From: Malacoraja senta | Taxonomy: Eukaryota | Assembly: GCA_038087875.1 (NCBI GenBank) | Contig: CM075988.1 | Span: 20,462,001-20,526,000 of the forward strand | Direction: 5' to 3' | DNA length: 64,000 bases | Shown: positions 51,299 to 63,234 of the stretch, piece by piece | How positions within the stretch are numbered: position 1 is the first letter of the stretch | Layout: every line of letters begins with the position of its first letter | Notes under the pieces: model-generated | Databases searched by the model: none | The model's input: only the letters and a program-made list of their open reading frames with translations | What the model was told of the DNA's origin: nothing | Program-made: the position numbers and the translations under genes

Positions 51299-52476
51299 TG
51301 GTATCTTGGTCACAGGTATCACTCGAGTACTATTGTGGTTAAACCGTTGGATTATTACCCGGAGACCTGTATTTTGAGCAAAAAACAAAGTGTTGGGAGT
51401 AGTCAGTGGGTGAGGCAGCTTCTGAATGGATGAGGTTTTGGGTCGGGACCCTTCTTCAGAATGAGTGGTGGGGATAATGTTGGAAAAGGCAATGCCCGGC
51501 TAGTGATAGGTGGGTACAGGTGAGGGGGTTGATTGGCAAAGGGGTGGAGTAAGTGATGAAGGATGGAGGTGAAAAAGAGACAAAATGGGGTCAGAGAATA
51601 AGAACAGAAACTGAGTGAAATTTGTGGAATTCATTGCCACGGACACCTGTGAAGGCCAAGCCAATGGATATTTTTAAGGCAGAGATTGACAGATTCTTGA
51701 TTAGGACGGGTGTCTGGAGTTATGGGGAGAAGGCAGGAGAATGGGATTGAGAGATCAGATAGATCAGCCATGATTGAATTGCGGAGTAGACTTGATGGGC
51801 TGAATGGCCTAATTCTGCTCCTAGAAATGAACCTGAAATATAAAGCCGGATGAAGGTTTGTGGGTGGAAGGTGATGAGGAGGGGAAAGTGGGGGTATATA
51901 AAGGAAAATGGGAGTCTCAGGGATGGGAGATGAGTGTACAGAGGAGAATAAAGGATCAGGGTGACTGGCTGAAGGTGGCAGATGGCGGGAGAAGTAGGTG
52001 CGCATGGGGATGAGGGTGGGCAAAGGCCAGAGAGAGAGAGAGGGCACGGTGGTAGTACTTGTAATCATGGCATCCAGTGTTCATATTGTTAAGTTATAAG
52101 CTACCCAGGTGGAATACGAGTGCCCCATTTCCCTATTTTAGATACGCAGCATATTCATGAGGAATAATTGGGGCCGCACAGTGGGGCGGTGGTGGAGTTG
52201 CTGCCTTACTGCACCAGAGTCCCAGGTTTGATCCTGACTATGGGTGCTGCCTGTATGGAGTTTGCAGGTTCTCCCTGTGATCAGATGCTCTGGTTTCCTC
52301 CCACATTCCAAAGATGTGCAGGTTTGAAGGTTAATTGGCTTCATTAAATTGCCCCTAATATGTAGGATATAATAATGGGATAACATAGAGTAGTGTGTGG
52401 GATGATCATTGGTAGGAGCAGACTCGGTGGACTCCAGTATACGGGTGATCATTGGTCGGCTCAGATCAGTTGTGCT

Positions 52477-52621
52477 TCTTCTTCTTCTTGCGTATGGCTT
52501 GCACAGCCTAAAGTTGTAGGACGACTTGTTCTATTTGATCTTACTCGATTGTGCAAGCTGGGTTGATTGCATTCGTCGAAACATTCGTCGAAACCGCGTG
52601 AAGGTTGCAATCTCCCACCCC
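52477..52621 (-). mobile_element. ~145-bp non-autonomous Vingi/Ingi-like retroelement
   Basis: Minus strand starts GGGGTGGG and ends CATACGC(AAG)n; GTTGTGCT duplicated at 52469-52476 and 52627-52634. Confidence 0.65.
52565..52621 (-). ncRNA. HDV-like self-cleaving ribozyme fold, defective in this copy
   Basis: P2 GAUUGCA/UGCAAUC, P3 ACC/GGU, 7-nt L3 UUCACGC, J4/2 CGAA; the P1 3' strand position is occupied by a 12-bp tandem duplication. Confidence 0.6.
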
Positions 52622-53009
52622 AACCTGTTGTGCTGAAGCGCCTGTTTCCACAATGTTTCTGTGAACTAAACTAAACGGGACCCGCCTGCCGACGCACGGT
52701 TACTCAGTGCATCTTCAGGGGCTGATGTGTTCCGTCTAGGAGGCTTCTCTGTGGCTGCAGCTTGTTGCTGGAACCCTGCTGACCTGGTGATTCAGGTCGG
52801 CGACGTGGGTGGGTCACATCCATTTTCATCCACTCCTCTCTCAGAGGGACCAGGATCTACAAAGAAGCATCTGAAGTGTTGGGAACCCCACCTCAGTCAT
52901 TCCCAACCCCAGATGCATTTCCAGCTGTGTACAATGAATAGGATGGGAGGAAGTTCAGATTTAAGGTGTAAACTCATTGTGGCTTTGCAGGTGGAAGTGT
53001 TGAACTCTG

Positions 53010-53337
53010 GACACTCACACTTCTCCACTCTCCCATCAGGCAAGTGGTACAGAAGTGTGAAATTCAGGGTCAGTTTCTTCCCTGCTGTTATTGGGCAACT
53101 GAATCATCTTATTGCCAACCGGAGCACGGTCCTGACCAACCTCATTGGAGACCCTTGGATTATCTTTAATTGGACGTTACTGGACCTTACCTTGCACTAT
53201 ACATTGTCCCCTTATCGTGTATCTGTATACTGTGAACGACCTGATTGTAATCATGATCATGTATAGGTTTTCCGCTGACTGGATCTCACGCAACGAAAAC
53301 CCTTTTTGCTGTACTTCGGTACATGTGACAATAAACT
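53010..53337 (+). mobile_element. Rex-Babar LINE 3' fragment
   Basis: GHSHFSTLPSGKWYRS...SFFPAVIGQLN; GACAATAAAC tail. Confidence 0.75.
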
Positions 53338-53638
53338 AAGTACACGGAACAGAGGCCCATGGAGATCATGACAAAAAGTCCACGGGAGAAAGAGTCCAAC
53401 ACTTACGTCTAAACTTATGTCCTCTATCCCCTACTCTGGGTATTGTGCATTCCCCTATCTATTCCCCTCATGATTTTATATACTTCTACAAGATCATACC
53501 TCAGCCTCCTGTGCTCCAAGGAATAGAGCCTGCTCAACCTCTCCTTACATAGATACATAGAAAATAGGTGCAGGAGTAGGCCATTCGGCCCTTCGAGCCT
53601 GCACCGCCATTCAATATGATCATGGCTGATCATCCAAC

Positions 53639-56600
53639 TCAGTATCCCGTACCTGCCTTCTCTCCATACCCCCTGATCCCTTTAGCCACAAGGGCCACAT
53701 CTAACTCCCTCTTAAATATAGCCAATGAACTGGCGTCAACTACCCTCTGTGGCAGAGAGTTCCAGAGATTCACCACTCTCTGTGTGAAAAAGTTTTTCCT
53801 CATCTCGGTCTTAAAGGATTTCCCCCTTATCCTTAAGCTGTGACCCTTGTCCTGGACTTCCCCAACATCGGGAACAATCTTCCTGCATCTAGCCTGTCCA
53901 ACCCCATAAGAATTTTGTACGTTTCTATAAGATCCCCTCTCAATCTCCTAAATTCTAGCGAGTATAAGCCAAGTCTATCCAGTCTTTCTTCATATGAAAG
54001 TCCTGACATCCCAGGAATCAGTCTGGTGAACCTTCTCTGCACTCCCTCTATGGCTATAATGTCCTTCCTCAGATTTGGAGACCAAAACTGTACGCAATAC
54101 TCCAGGTGTGGTCTCACCAAGACCCTGTACAACTGCAGTAGAACCTCCCTGCTCCTATACTCAAATCCTCTTGCTATGAAGGCCAACATACCATTCGCTT
54201 TCTTCACTGCCTGCTGCACCTGCATGCCTACTTTCAATGACTGGTGTACCATGACACCCAGGTCTCGCTGCATCTCCCCATTTCCTAATCGGCCACCATT
54301 TAGATAATAGTCTGCCTTCCCGTTTTTGCTACCAAAGTGGATAACCTCACATTTATCCACATTATACTGCATCTGCCAAACATTTGCCCACTCACCCAGC
54401 CTATCCAAGTCACCTTGCAGTCTCCTAGCATCCTCCTCACAGCTAACACTGCCCCCCAGCTTAGTGTCATCCGCAAACTTGGAGATGTTGCTTTCAATTC
54501 CCTCGTCCAGATCATTAATATAAATTGTAAATAGCTGGGGTCCCAGCACTGAGCCTTGCGGTACCCCACTAGTCACTGCCTGCCATTGTGAAAAGGACCC
54601 GTTTACTCCTACTCTTTGCTTCCTGTTTGCCAGCCAGTTCTCTATCCACATCAATACTGAACCCCCAATACCGTGTGATTTAAGTTTGTATCCTAATCTC
54701 TTATGTGGTACCTTGTCGAAAGCCTTCTGAAAGTCCAGATACAACACATCCACTGGTTCTCCCCTATCCACTCTACTAGTTACATCCTCGAAAAATTCTA
54801 TAAGATTCGTCAGACACGATTTACCTTTCGTAAATCCATGCTGACTTTGTCCAATGATTTCACCACTTTCCAAATGTGCTGCTATCCCATCTTTAATAAC
54901 TGACTCTAGCAGTTTCCCCACTACCGATGTTAGACTAACTGGTCTGTAATTCCCCATTTTCTCTCTCCCTCCCTTCTTAAAAAGTGGGGTTACGTTTGCT
55001 ACCCTCCAATCCTCAGGAACTACTCCAGAATCTAAAGAGTTTTGAAAAGTTATCACTAATGCATCCACTATTTCTGGAGCTACTTCCTTAAGTACTCTGG
55101 GATGCAGCCTATCTGGCCCTGGTGATTTATCGGCCTTTAATCCATTCAATTTACCCAACACCACTTCCCGACTAACCTGGATTTCACTCAGTTCCTCCAT
55201 CTCCTTTGACCCGCAGCCCCCTGCTATTTCCGGCAGATTATTTATGTCTTCCTTAGTGAAGACGGAACCAAAGTAGTTATTCAATTGGTCTGCCATATCT
55301 TGTTCCCCATGATCAATTCACCTGTTTCTGACTGCAAGGGACCTACATTTGATTTAACTAATCTCTTTCTCTTCACATATCTATAAAAACTTTTGCAGTC
55401 AGTTTTTATGTTCCCTGCCAGTTTCCTTTCATAATCTATTTTCCCTTTCCTAATTAAGCCCTTTGTCCTCCTCTGCTGGTCTCTGAATTTCTCCCAGTCC
55501 TCTGGTATGCTGCTTTTTCTGGCTAATTTGTACGCATCATCTTTTGCTTTGATACTATCCCTGATTTCCCTTGTTATCCACGGATGCACTACCTTCCTTG
55601 ATTTATTCTTTTGCCAAACTGGGATGAACAATTTTTGTAGTTCATCCATGCAGTCTTTAAATGCCTTCCATTGCATATCCACCGTCAACCCTTTTAGAAC
55701 TAATTGCCAGTCAATCTTGGCCAATTCACGTCTCATACCCTCAAAGTTACCTTTCTTTAAGTTCAGAACCGTTGTTTCTGAATTAACAATGTCACTCTCC
55801 ATCCTAATGAAGAACTCAACCATATTATGATCACTCTTGCCCAAGGGGGCACGCACAACAAGTCTGCTAACTAACCCTTCCTCATTACTCAATACCCAGT
55901 CTAGAATAGCCTGCTCTCTCGTTGGTTCCTCTACATGTTGGTTTAGATAACTATCCCTCATACATTCCAAGAAATCCTCTTCCTCAGCACCCCTGCCAAT
56001 TTGATTCACCCAATCTATATGTAGATTGAAGTCACCCATTATAACTGTTTTGCCTTTGTTGCACGCATTTCTAATTTCCTGTTTGATGCCATCCCCAACT
56101 TCACTACTACTGCTAGGTGGCCTGTACACAACACCCACCAGCGTTTTCTGCCCCTTAGTGTTTCGCAGCTCTACCCATACCGATTCCACATCCTCCAAGC
56201 TAATGTCCTTCCTTTCCACTGCGTTAATCTCCTCTCTAACCAGCAACGCTACCCCACCTCCTTTTCCTTTCTCTCTATCCCTCCTGAATATTGAATATCC
56301 CTGGATGTTCAGCTCCCAGCCTTGGTCACCTTGGAGCCATGTCTCCGTGATCCCAACTATATCATAATCATTAATTGCTATCTGCACGTTCAACTCATCC
56401 ACCTTATTACGAATGCTCCTTGCATTGAGACACAAAGCCTTCAGGCTTGTTTTTACAACGCTCTTACCCCTTATACAATTATGTTGAAAAGTGGCTCTTT
56501 TTGATTTTTGCCCTGGATTTGTCTGCCTGCCACTTTTACCTTTCACCTTGCTACCTATTGCTTCCGCCCGCATTTTACACCCCTCTGTTTCTCTGCTCAC
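53639..56600 (-). CDS. CR1 ORF2 (AP endonuclease plus reverse transcriptase), two 1-nt frameshifts (~55300, ~53845); start position uncertain
   Basis: LNARSIRNK, GITETWL, MGDFN, SDHN, NYRPVSLTS, QHGF, YLDFQKAFDKV, GVPQGSVLGP, KFADDTKL; TGA at 53639-53641 after correction. Confidence 0.93.
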
Positions 56601-56752
56601 CCATTTAAGAACCCCACCACCTCTTATTCTCTGTTTATTATTGTTTTCTTCTTTCCCCCCTACATGTTGGGTCTGAGTGCTTTCCTTCTCTGCCTCCTGC
56701 CTCACACACTGTCTAATAGCATTCTCTATTTGAGTCCCTCCCCCCAACCATT

Positions 56753-57388
56753 CTAGTTTAAAGTCTCCCCAGTAGACTTTGCAGATCTCCCCGCCAGGAT
56801 ATCGGTCCCCCTCAGGTTCAAGTGCAACCCATCCTTTTTGTACAGGTCGAACCTTCCACAAAAGAAGTCCCAATGATCCAGAAATTTGAATCCCTGCCTT
56901 CTGCACCAGTCCTTCAGCCACGCATTTATCCTCCACCTCGCTCCATTCCTACTCTCACTGTCGCGTGGTACAGGCAGTAATCCCGAGATTGTTACCTTTG
57001 CTGTCCTTCTCTTTAACTCCCCTCCTAACTCCCTAAATTCTCCTTTCAGGACCTCTTCTCTTTTTTTACCTATGTCATTGGTACCTATATGTATCACGAC
57101 CTCGGGCTCCTCTCCCTGCCCTTTCAGGATGTCTTGGACACGTTGAGACACATCACAGACCCTGGCACCAGGGAGGCAAACTACCATCCGGCTCTCCCGA
57201 CTGCGTCCACATAATCGCCTGTCTGACCCCCTAACTATAGAGTCCCCTATTAATATTGCCCTCCTCTTCTTTTCCTTACCCTTCTGAGCAACAGGACCGG
57301 TCTCTATACCGGAGGCCCGGCCGCTGTCGCTACCCCCAGGTAGGCTGTCCACCCCAACAGTGCTCAAACAGGAGTACTTATTGTCAAG
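56753..57388 (-). CDS. CR1 ORF1, SGNH/GDSL esterase domain (5'-partial)
   Basis: IGDSIVRG, CLPGA, HIGTND and DGLHL esterase blocks. Confidence 0.92.
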   Translation of the reverse strand, partial: LDNKYSCLSTVGVDSLPGGSDSGRASGIETGPVAQKGKEKKRRAILIGDSIVRGSDRRLCGRSRESRMVVCLPGARVCDVSQRVQDILKGQGEEPEVVIHIGTNDIGKKREEVLKGEFRELGGELKRRTAKVTISGLLPVPRDSESRNGARWRINAWLKDWCRRQGFKFLDHWDFFCGRFDLYKKDGLHLNLRGTDILAGRSAKSTGETLN

Positions 57389-57456
57389 GTAGCTCAGGCC
57401 CTCGATTCCTGGCACCATCCTTGTAGCTCAGGCCCTCGATTCCTGGCAGCATCCTT
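57389..57456. repeat. 34-bp tandem duplication at the CR1 5' junction
   Basis: GTAGCTCAGGCCCTCGATTCCTGGCA(C/G)CATCCTT twice. Confidence 0.9.
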
Positions 57457-59007
57457 GTAAAAAAATATTGGGAACCTTTACCCTTTAACATGCATAGTTC
57501 ATTGAGACACTGACACATGTATGTCCACGAGCGTTGGTCTGAATTACCTAAATGTTGTTGGAAACTCCGATGCGGTGAGATTGGATAAGTTTGGGTTCTT
57601 CAGCAGATGTTTCCTGACCCGCTGAGTTCCTCCAGCACTTTGTGTTTTGCTACATTATGTGACGTCATCTTCCGTACAATACAGTGCCCTTTCTGAAGGG
57701 TTATCTCGGATAGAGCTTTAAAGCTTTAGGAGGTGAGGTCAGCTGGCAGTGTGAAGGTTTTTTAGCAGAGTTGAGACCAGTCAACCAGACGGTGACCTGT
57801 AGAATTTCCGCAGCACTCCTTTCTTTCTTTACATGGTTTAATGTTCAATGCTACAGGTTTACTGTCCCGAGTTACTCAGACCAGGGAACAAACTGCAAAA
57901 TTGTTTATATACAACCGTCATCCGGCTTACCCAGTTTTTAAGTTTGAAATGTATTTTTTGTGTAGCATATCCTCTCTGAGAATGGACACAGAACTTTTTG
58001 GTACTACAAGGTTGATGATTAACAATCCGTCTAGTTTAGTGGTCTGACTACGTAATTGTCTCCTGTTCAGGGTCAATGACGGGTGGACAATAAACGTGAC
58101 AGATTCTCTGACGTGCACATCTTGTAAACTAATAAATGGATATTAGAATAGGTTAAAAAGGCCCACGTTAAATGCTGGGGATATCTTGGTACCTCTTGGT
58201 CATTGTTCTTTTATTTTAGCATATGCAAATACTGAAGTCCCTCTACTGCTTCACTACCTCACACTGCAAATGGTAGTTACATGGAATAATTTTTTTAATT
58301 CTTAAGAGTCAAGTGTTTAATTTCACATGTACTGACAAAGGAATCATGGACAAGGGAACAGGTAATATATTATAAACAAAATACAATAAATTAGTAACTG
58401 TGACACTAGATAACCGTGACAGTGCAAAGAGAGAAGTCTGTTGTGCAACGAAAGATGCAGTCCAAAGAAGGTCAGAGGTGCTGAGGTTAGTGTGTAAGAG
58501 TGAACTGCAGATGCTGGTTTAAATCGAAGGTAGACACAAAATGCTGGAGTAACTCAGCGGGTGAGGCAATATTTCTGGAGAGAAGGACTGGGCCTTCTCT
58601 CCAGAGATGCTACCTCACCAGCTGATTTACTCCAGCATTTTGTGTCTACCTTTGCTGAGTTTAGCTGGGTTGTTGTAGGCTGGGTTGTGGTTAGCGTTGT
58701 GCAGTGTTTAAGAACCTGATGGTCGCTGGGTGGATGCTGGAGGTCCCAGATTTCAGGTTCCTGTATCGCCTTCTTATGAGATGAGAGCATGGCGAGGGTG
58801 GTCGGGGTCTTTGGTGATATTTGCTGCCTGTTTGAGGCAGTGCTTCCCATAGATCCCCTTAATGGTGTGGAGGTCAGTACCCGTGTGGTACCCGAGTTGT
58901 CTACCACTCTCTGCAGCCTGCTTTGTTCCTGGGCGGTTGAGTTACCGAACTAGGCAGTTCAGCACAAAAATAGCGTACAGATAAGTTTGAAACTGTGCAT
59001 AAAGTAA

Positions 59008-59337
59008 AACCCCTGTCCCACGGTACGAGTTCATTCCAAGAGCTCGCCCGAGTTTGCCCTGATTCGAACTTGGAGATTTACGGTAATGGCCACTCGTCGG
59101 TACTCGGGGCTCTCGTGGACATTTTTCAACATGTTGAAAAATCTTCACGCGTCTTCCCGTGCTTACCTGCCATTAGCGAGTCTTCCCGAGTACCTGCCCT
59201 TCACGTTATGAGCTGGTAAGAGACGTCCCCGAGCTCCGACGTACCCGCTACGTTCATTCTCTGTGCTTGCCATGAGTTTGATTTTTTTTAAACTCGGGAG
59301 AGCTCTTGGAATGAACTCGTACCGTGGGACAGGGCTA
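59008..59337. mobile_element. Harbinger-type MITE, ~330-bp family
   Basis: Closely matches 6827-7156; TWA flanks. Confidence 0.9.
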
Positions 59338-60107
59338 TTAAAGAACAAAAGAAGCTTGTACCCATCACATTTTAGAAACTGATATACAAAACTGAAAGTC
59401 AGCAGCCCACAGCAGTAATTTACAATCAGTGGGTTACATGCAGCTTTTGCTACATGTGTGATTAGCAGCTCTGTGTCTCATCTAAATAATAATACTTAGA
59501 GGGACTGTGACGTGGTTGCTAAGGAAGTAAAGCTTTTCAAAGCTTCTAAGTTAATAAAGATGCCATTAAAGTGGAAAGAGTACAGAGAAGATTTATGAGG
59601 ATGTTGCCAGGATTTGAGAGCCTGAGCTATAGGGAGTGATTGGGCTGGCTAGAACTTTGATCCTTGGATTGCAGGATGATCTTATAGAGAGGTGTAGAAG
59701 ATTGTGAGGGGGTAGATAGGGTGAATGCACAGTCTTATTCTCAGGGTAGTATTCTGCACGAACTCCAAATCCCCTGATTATTTAATATTGAAAATCCCAT
59801 AAAGTCATAAATCTTTACAACATAAAAAGTATCCTTCAGCTCACCTTGTCCATGTCGACCAATTTTCATACTAGGTCAGTCCCATTTAGTCCCAAGGTTC
59901 TGACTGTCTACCCTATCTACGTCTCTCATAATTTCATATATACTTATATCGGGTCTCTCCACAACCTCCGGCATTCTAGACATAACAATCCAAGTCTGTT
60001 TAACCTCTCCCTATAGCTAATAATCCCTAATCCAGCACAGAATCTTGTCCTAATTCTAGTCCAAAACCAACACTGCTTTCAGAAAGAGAATTCCTGTTGC
60101 CCTTGGT

Positions 60108-60210
60108 ACACAAAAAGGCTGGAGAAACTCAGCGGGTGCAGCAGCATCTATGGAGCGAAGGAAATAGGCAACGTTTCGGGCTGAAACCCTTCTTCAGACC
60201 CTTCTTCTTC
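60108..60210 (-). mobile_element. Short Penelope terminal unit with hammerhead-like motif and 17-bp TSD
   Basis: TTCCTGTTGCCCTTGGT at 60091-60107 and 60211-60227. Confidence 0.85.
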
Positions 60211-61092
60211 TTCCTGTTGCCCTTGGTTATCTTTGATTGATGTCGTGAATTGATGTTATCATTAATCTTGCTGGATTACTCCCTTTCAAAGTGTTTGCTC
60301 ACTAATTTATCATGGAACCACCTCAGGCTATGAGTGTCAAACAAACCATTGGTCAATGCAAGGGTTAATACAGTCCACCTCGCTCACAACATTGGACCAG
60401 TGATGTCATGCTCTGCAGTCACTTAATAGTTTTATTAGATTTTATTGGCATGTTCGCCATATCTCAGACAGAAAACGGGCCTGGAGCCACGAGACAGGGG
60501 AAATAGAACGGTATGGGCCCACGTAAACACTGATGTTATTTTACTTGGAAGCTACACACCTGTACATGTTGGTGAAAAGGAAGAGAAGACAAGAAAATTG
60601 TTCAAGGGAGCTCAGGCAATGGTTCAAATCAACACCATACAAAGCAATAAATCAATCTTGTCAAGGTTACCGATGAACCCAGACTGGGTTGAGAGTGGTT
60701 CCCTGCCTATAGACGCTCTTGAATATATTCATAATTTCACATGGACACCACTGTGATGGAATACTTCTGCAAATGACGCATTTTAGGTTCCAGAGTTTGT
60801 ACTCCATTTCCCAGCACTGCCAATGCAAGTTTCAGCCACCATACTCCCTACTGATGACGTAATGCATTTGGACAGCGCGTGTCGATGCAAGGAACTGCAG
60901 ATGCTGGAATCTTGAGCAAAATACGCAGTGCTGGGTAAATCAACGGATCAGGCGCCATCTGTGGAGGGAATGGACAGACAATGTTTCAGTCCTGGACCCT
61001 TTGTCAGACTGAAGCCATTAGTCTGAAGAAGTGTCATAACCAGAAACAACGTCTGTCCATTCATCTCCACAAATATTACCTGACCCGTCGAG

Positions 61093-61264
61093 TTACATAG
61101 AAACATAGAAACATAGAAATTAGGTGCAGGAGTAAGCCATTCGGCCCTTCGAGCCTGCACCGCCATTCAATATGATCATGGCTGATCATCCAACTCAGTA
61201 TCCCGTACCTGCCTTCTCTCCATACCCTCTGATCCCTTTAGCCACAAGGGCCACATCTAACTCC
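61093..61264 (-). mobile_element. Young CR1 3' tip, same family as 53546-57388
   Basis: ELDVALVAKGIRGYGEKAGTGY plus (GAAACATA)n. Confidence 0.92.
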
Positions 61265-62499
61265 AGCATTTTGTCTTCTGGACAGATGTATGGATAGGAA
61301 GGGTTTAAAGGAAGATGGGTAAAATTCAGGCATATGCAGCTAGCCCAGAATGGTAACTTGGTCAGCTTAGACAATTTGGTCCATAAGAACAATTTCCATG
61401 CGGTGAATCTCTACAACTCTAATGACCGCATGATGCAGGATGGTGTGGCTCCTCTTCGTCCCTCTCTCTTTTGTACCTGTCCACCATCTCTCTGCTGTTA
61501 CACCATTTGGAGGAGAAAACGCTAAAAAGAACTTGAAGATAGTTATAGAGTCATAGAATATTACAGCGTGAAAACAGGCCCTACCGCCCAACTTGCCCAC
61601 AATGGCCAACATGTCTCATCTATTCTAGTCCCACCTGCTTGTGTTTGCCCCATATCCCTCTAAACCTGTCCTATCCATGTACCTATCTAAATGTTTCTTA
61701 AATGCTGCTATAGTACCTGTCTCGACCACCTCTTCTGGCAGCTTGTTCCATACACCCACCACCCTTTGTGTGGAAAAAATACCCCTCAGGTTCCTAAAAT
61801 AAAATGTTGTTAAAGTAAAATGCTACTCAGTCAATACCTGGATTGATAAAATCTGTTTGCCAAACTTAATGTCACCTGAAATAATGCCATTTTCTTAATG
61901 CATCAGAGTCTGTAATGTGTTGATATTTGCTGACCTTCTACATCAGCTCAGTTTTTCTATTTCGCTCCCTCATGCTAAATAGCCCTGGGATAATCTCATG
62001 GGACTATTCTCACTGAAGGATCACATTTTGCTTGGTAATTTTTAACATATGGCGTTGCACCCCCTCAGAGAGGCAATTGCTCTTTACAGGGTCAATGCCA
62101 TTTCTTGGTTCTCCCATGAAGTGCTATTATCAAGTGTTATTATATTTTGATGTCACTCCAATCCATTGGAATCATCAATTATTTAAGATAACTGGTTTTG
62201 ACCTTTCACCAGTTCTAAACCTACGGACTCCAAGTTCGGAGTTTGTGCCAGTATAATTTTAGCCCGTGGTGAATCGATGAAGACATGATTATGCAAGATC
62301 AGATCAGCATAGAGTGGAACGTGTTATGGTTGTGTTGCAGATATTCCCTTTGTGAAGGGAAATGTGGTGGGATACTCCCAGTGCAGAGCATTTGAATGCC
62401 TGATCCACTCACTCTGCAGAAGTGTTAGCTGTGATTTGATTGCTATACTCAGCAGGAAATCCATTAATTCCAATTGTACTCCTGGGGCACGAGCAGAAG

Positions 62500-63010
62500 A
62501 GTCTAGGCTCATAGCTTCAGTGCTTTAATGAGGGAGTACTACGCTGTACAGGAGCCTGAAAACCGTGACCACTCCGTTCAAGAACAGCTTCTTCCCAGCA
62601 ACTATCAGACTCTTAAACATTGCGCAATACCAAACTGAGCCACGAGTCCAAGTTTGCGTTTATTGTCACTTAACCAACTAAAGTACAGTGACATTTGTTA
62701 AAGTCCTTCTATGGACTTGTGGCTGCACTACAGAGTTCAGTTTTATATTATTGTTACCTAGTATTATGATTATTGTATTGTTGATTATTACATATATTTC
62801 CCTGTGTTATTACGTTTACAGCTTGTAAAGACGTAGCAGGTAAGAATGTCATTGTTCCGCTGTTGGTACAATTACAATGAAAGACTCTTGACTGCTGGAG
62901 ATGTGATGTGAGATGTTAAGCAGAGCACCTTCTGCTCTCTCAGGTGGATGTAAACGATCTTAGGGCACAACCTGAGGAAGGGCTTGTGAACTGCCACTGG
63001 AGTTCAGTTA
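62500..63010 (+). mobile_element. Deu-domain SINE relic split by a Rex-Babar 3' fragment (~62548-62893)
   Basis: TGAGGGAGTACTACGCTG before and GAGATGTTAA..CTCTCAGGTGGATGTAAA.GATC after the insert. Confidence 0.6.
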
Positions 63011-63234
63011 CCATAATCAACAGATGTATTCATTTTTTAATAAGCTATTATATTACAAAATGACTGTGGAAGTTTTGATGGTCGATTGTCAGCATGGACT
63101 CTGGGATGAATGGCCCGTTTACATTCTGTATCACTTAAACTAAAACTTTCTCTGTGGAAACAGCAACTTAGCATTGGACTTCCAATGGTTGTGAATGCTG
63201 CAAAAGGAATGCAAATTGATTTTTTTTTTCAATG

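Larger units (their letters stand above)
52170..52675 (+). mobile_element. HE1-like SINE interrupted in its tail by a mini-retroelement
   Basis: Head and core at 52170-52460; tail GCCTGTTTCC..CTAAACTAAAC at 52627-52675. Confidence 0.8.
53546..57388 (-). mobile_element. Near-full-length young CR1 LINE, truncated within ORF1
   Basis: ORF1 esterase, ORF2 APE-RT, 3' UTR and microsatellite tail; inserted in an older CR1 fragment. Confidence 0.97.

Noticed and set aside
52727..53266. 179-aa plus-strand ORF
   Set aside because: Its second half is a Rex-Babar 3' fragment; chimeric chance ORF.
53840..57146. Multiple plus-strand ORFs
   Set aside because: Antisense to CR1 ORF1 and ORF2.
60445..60756. 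103-aa ORF in unique sequence
   Set aside because: No recognisable domain or splice context; length compatible with chance.
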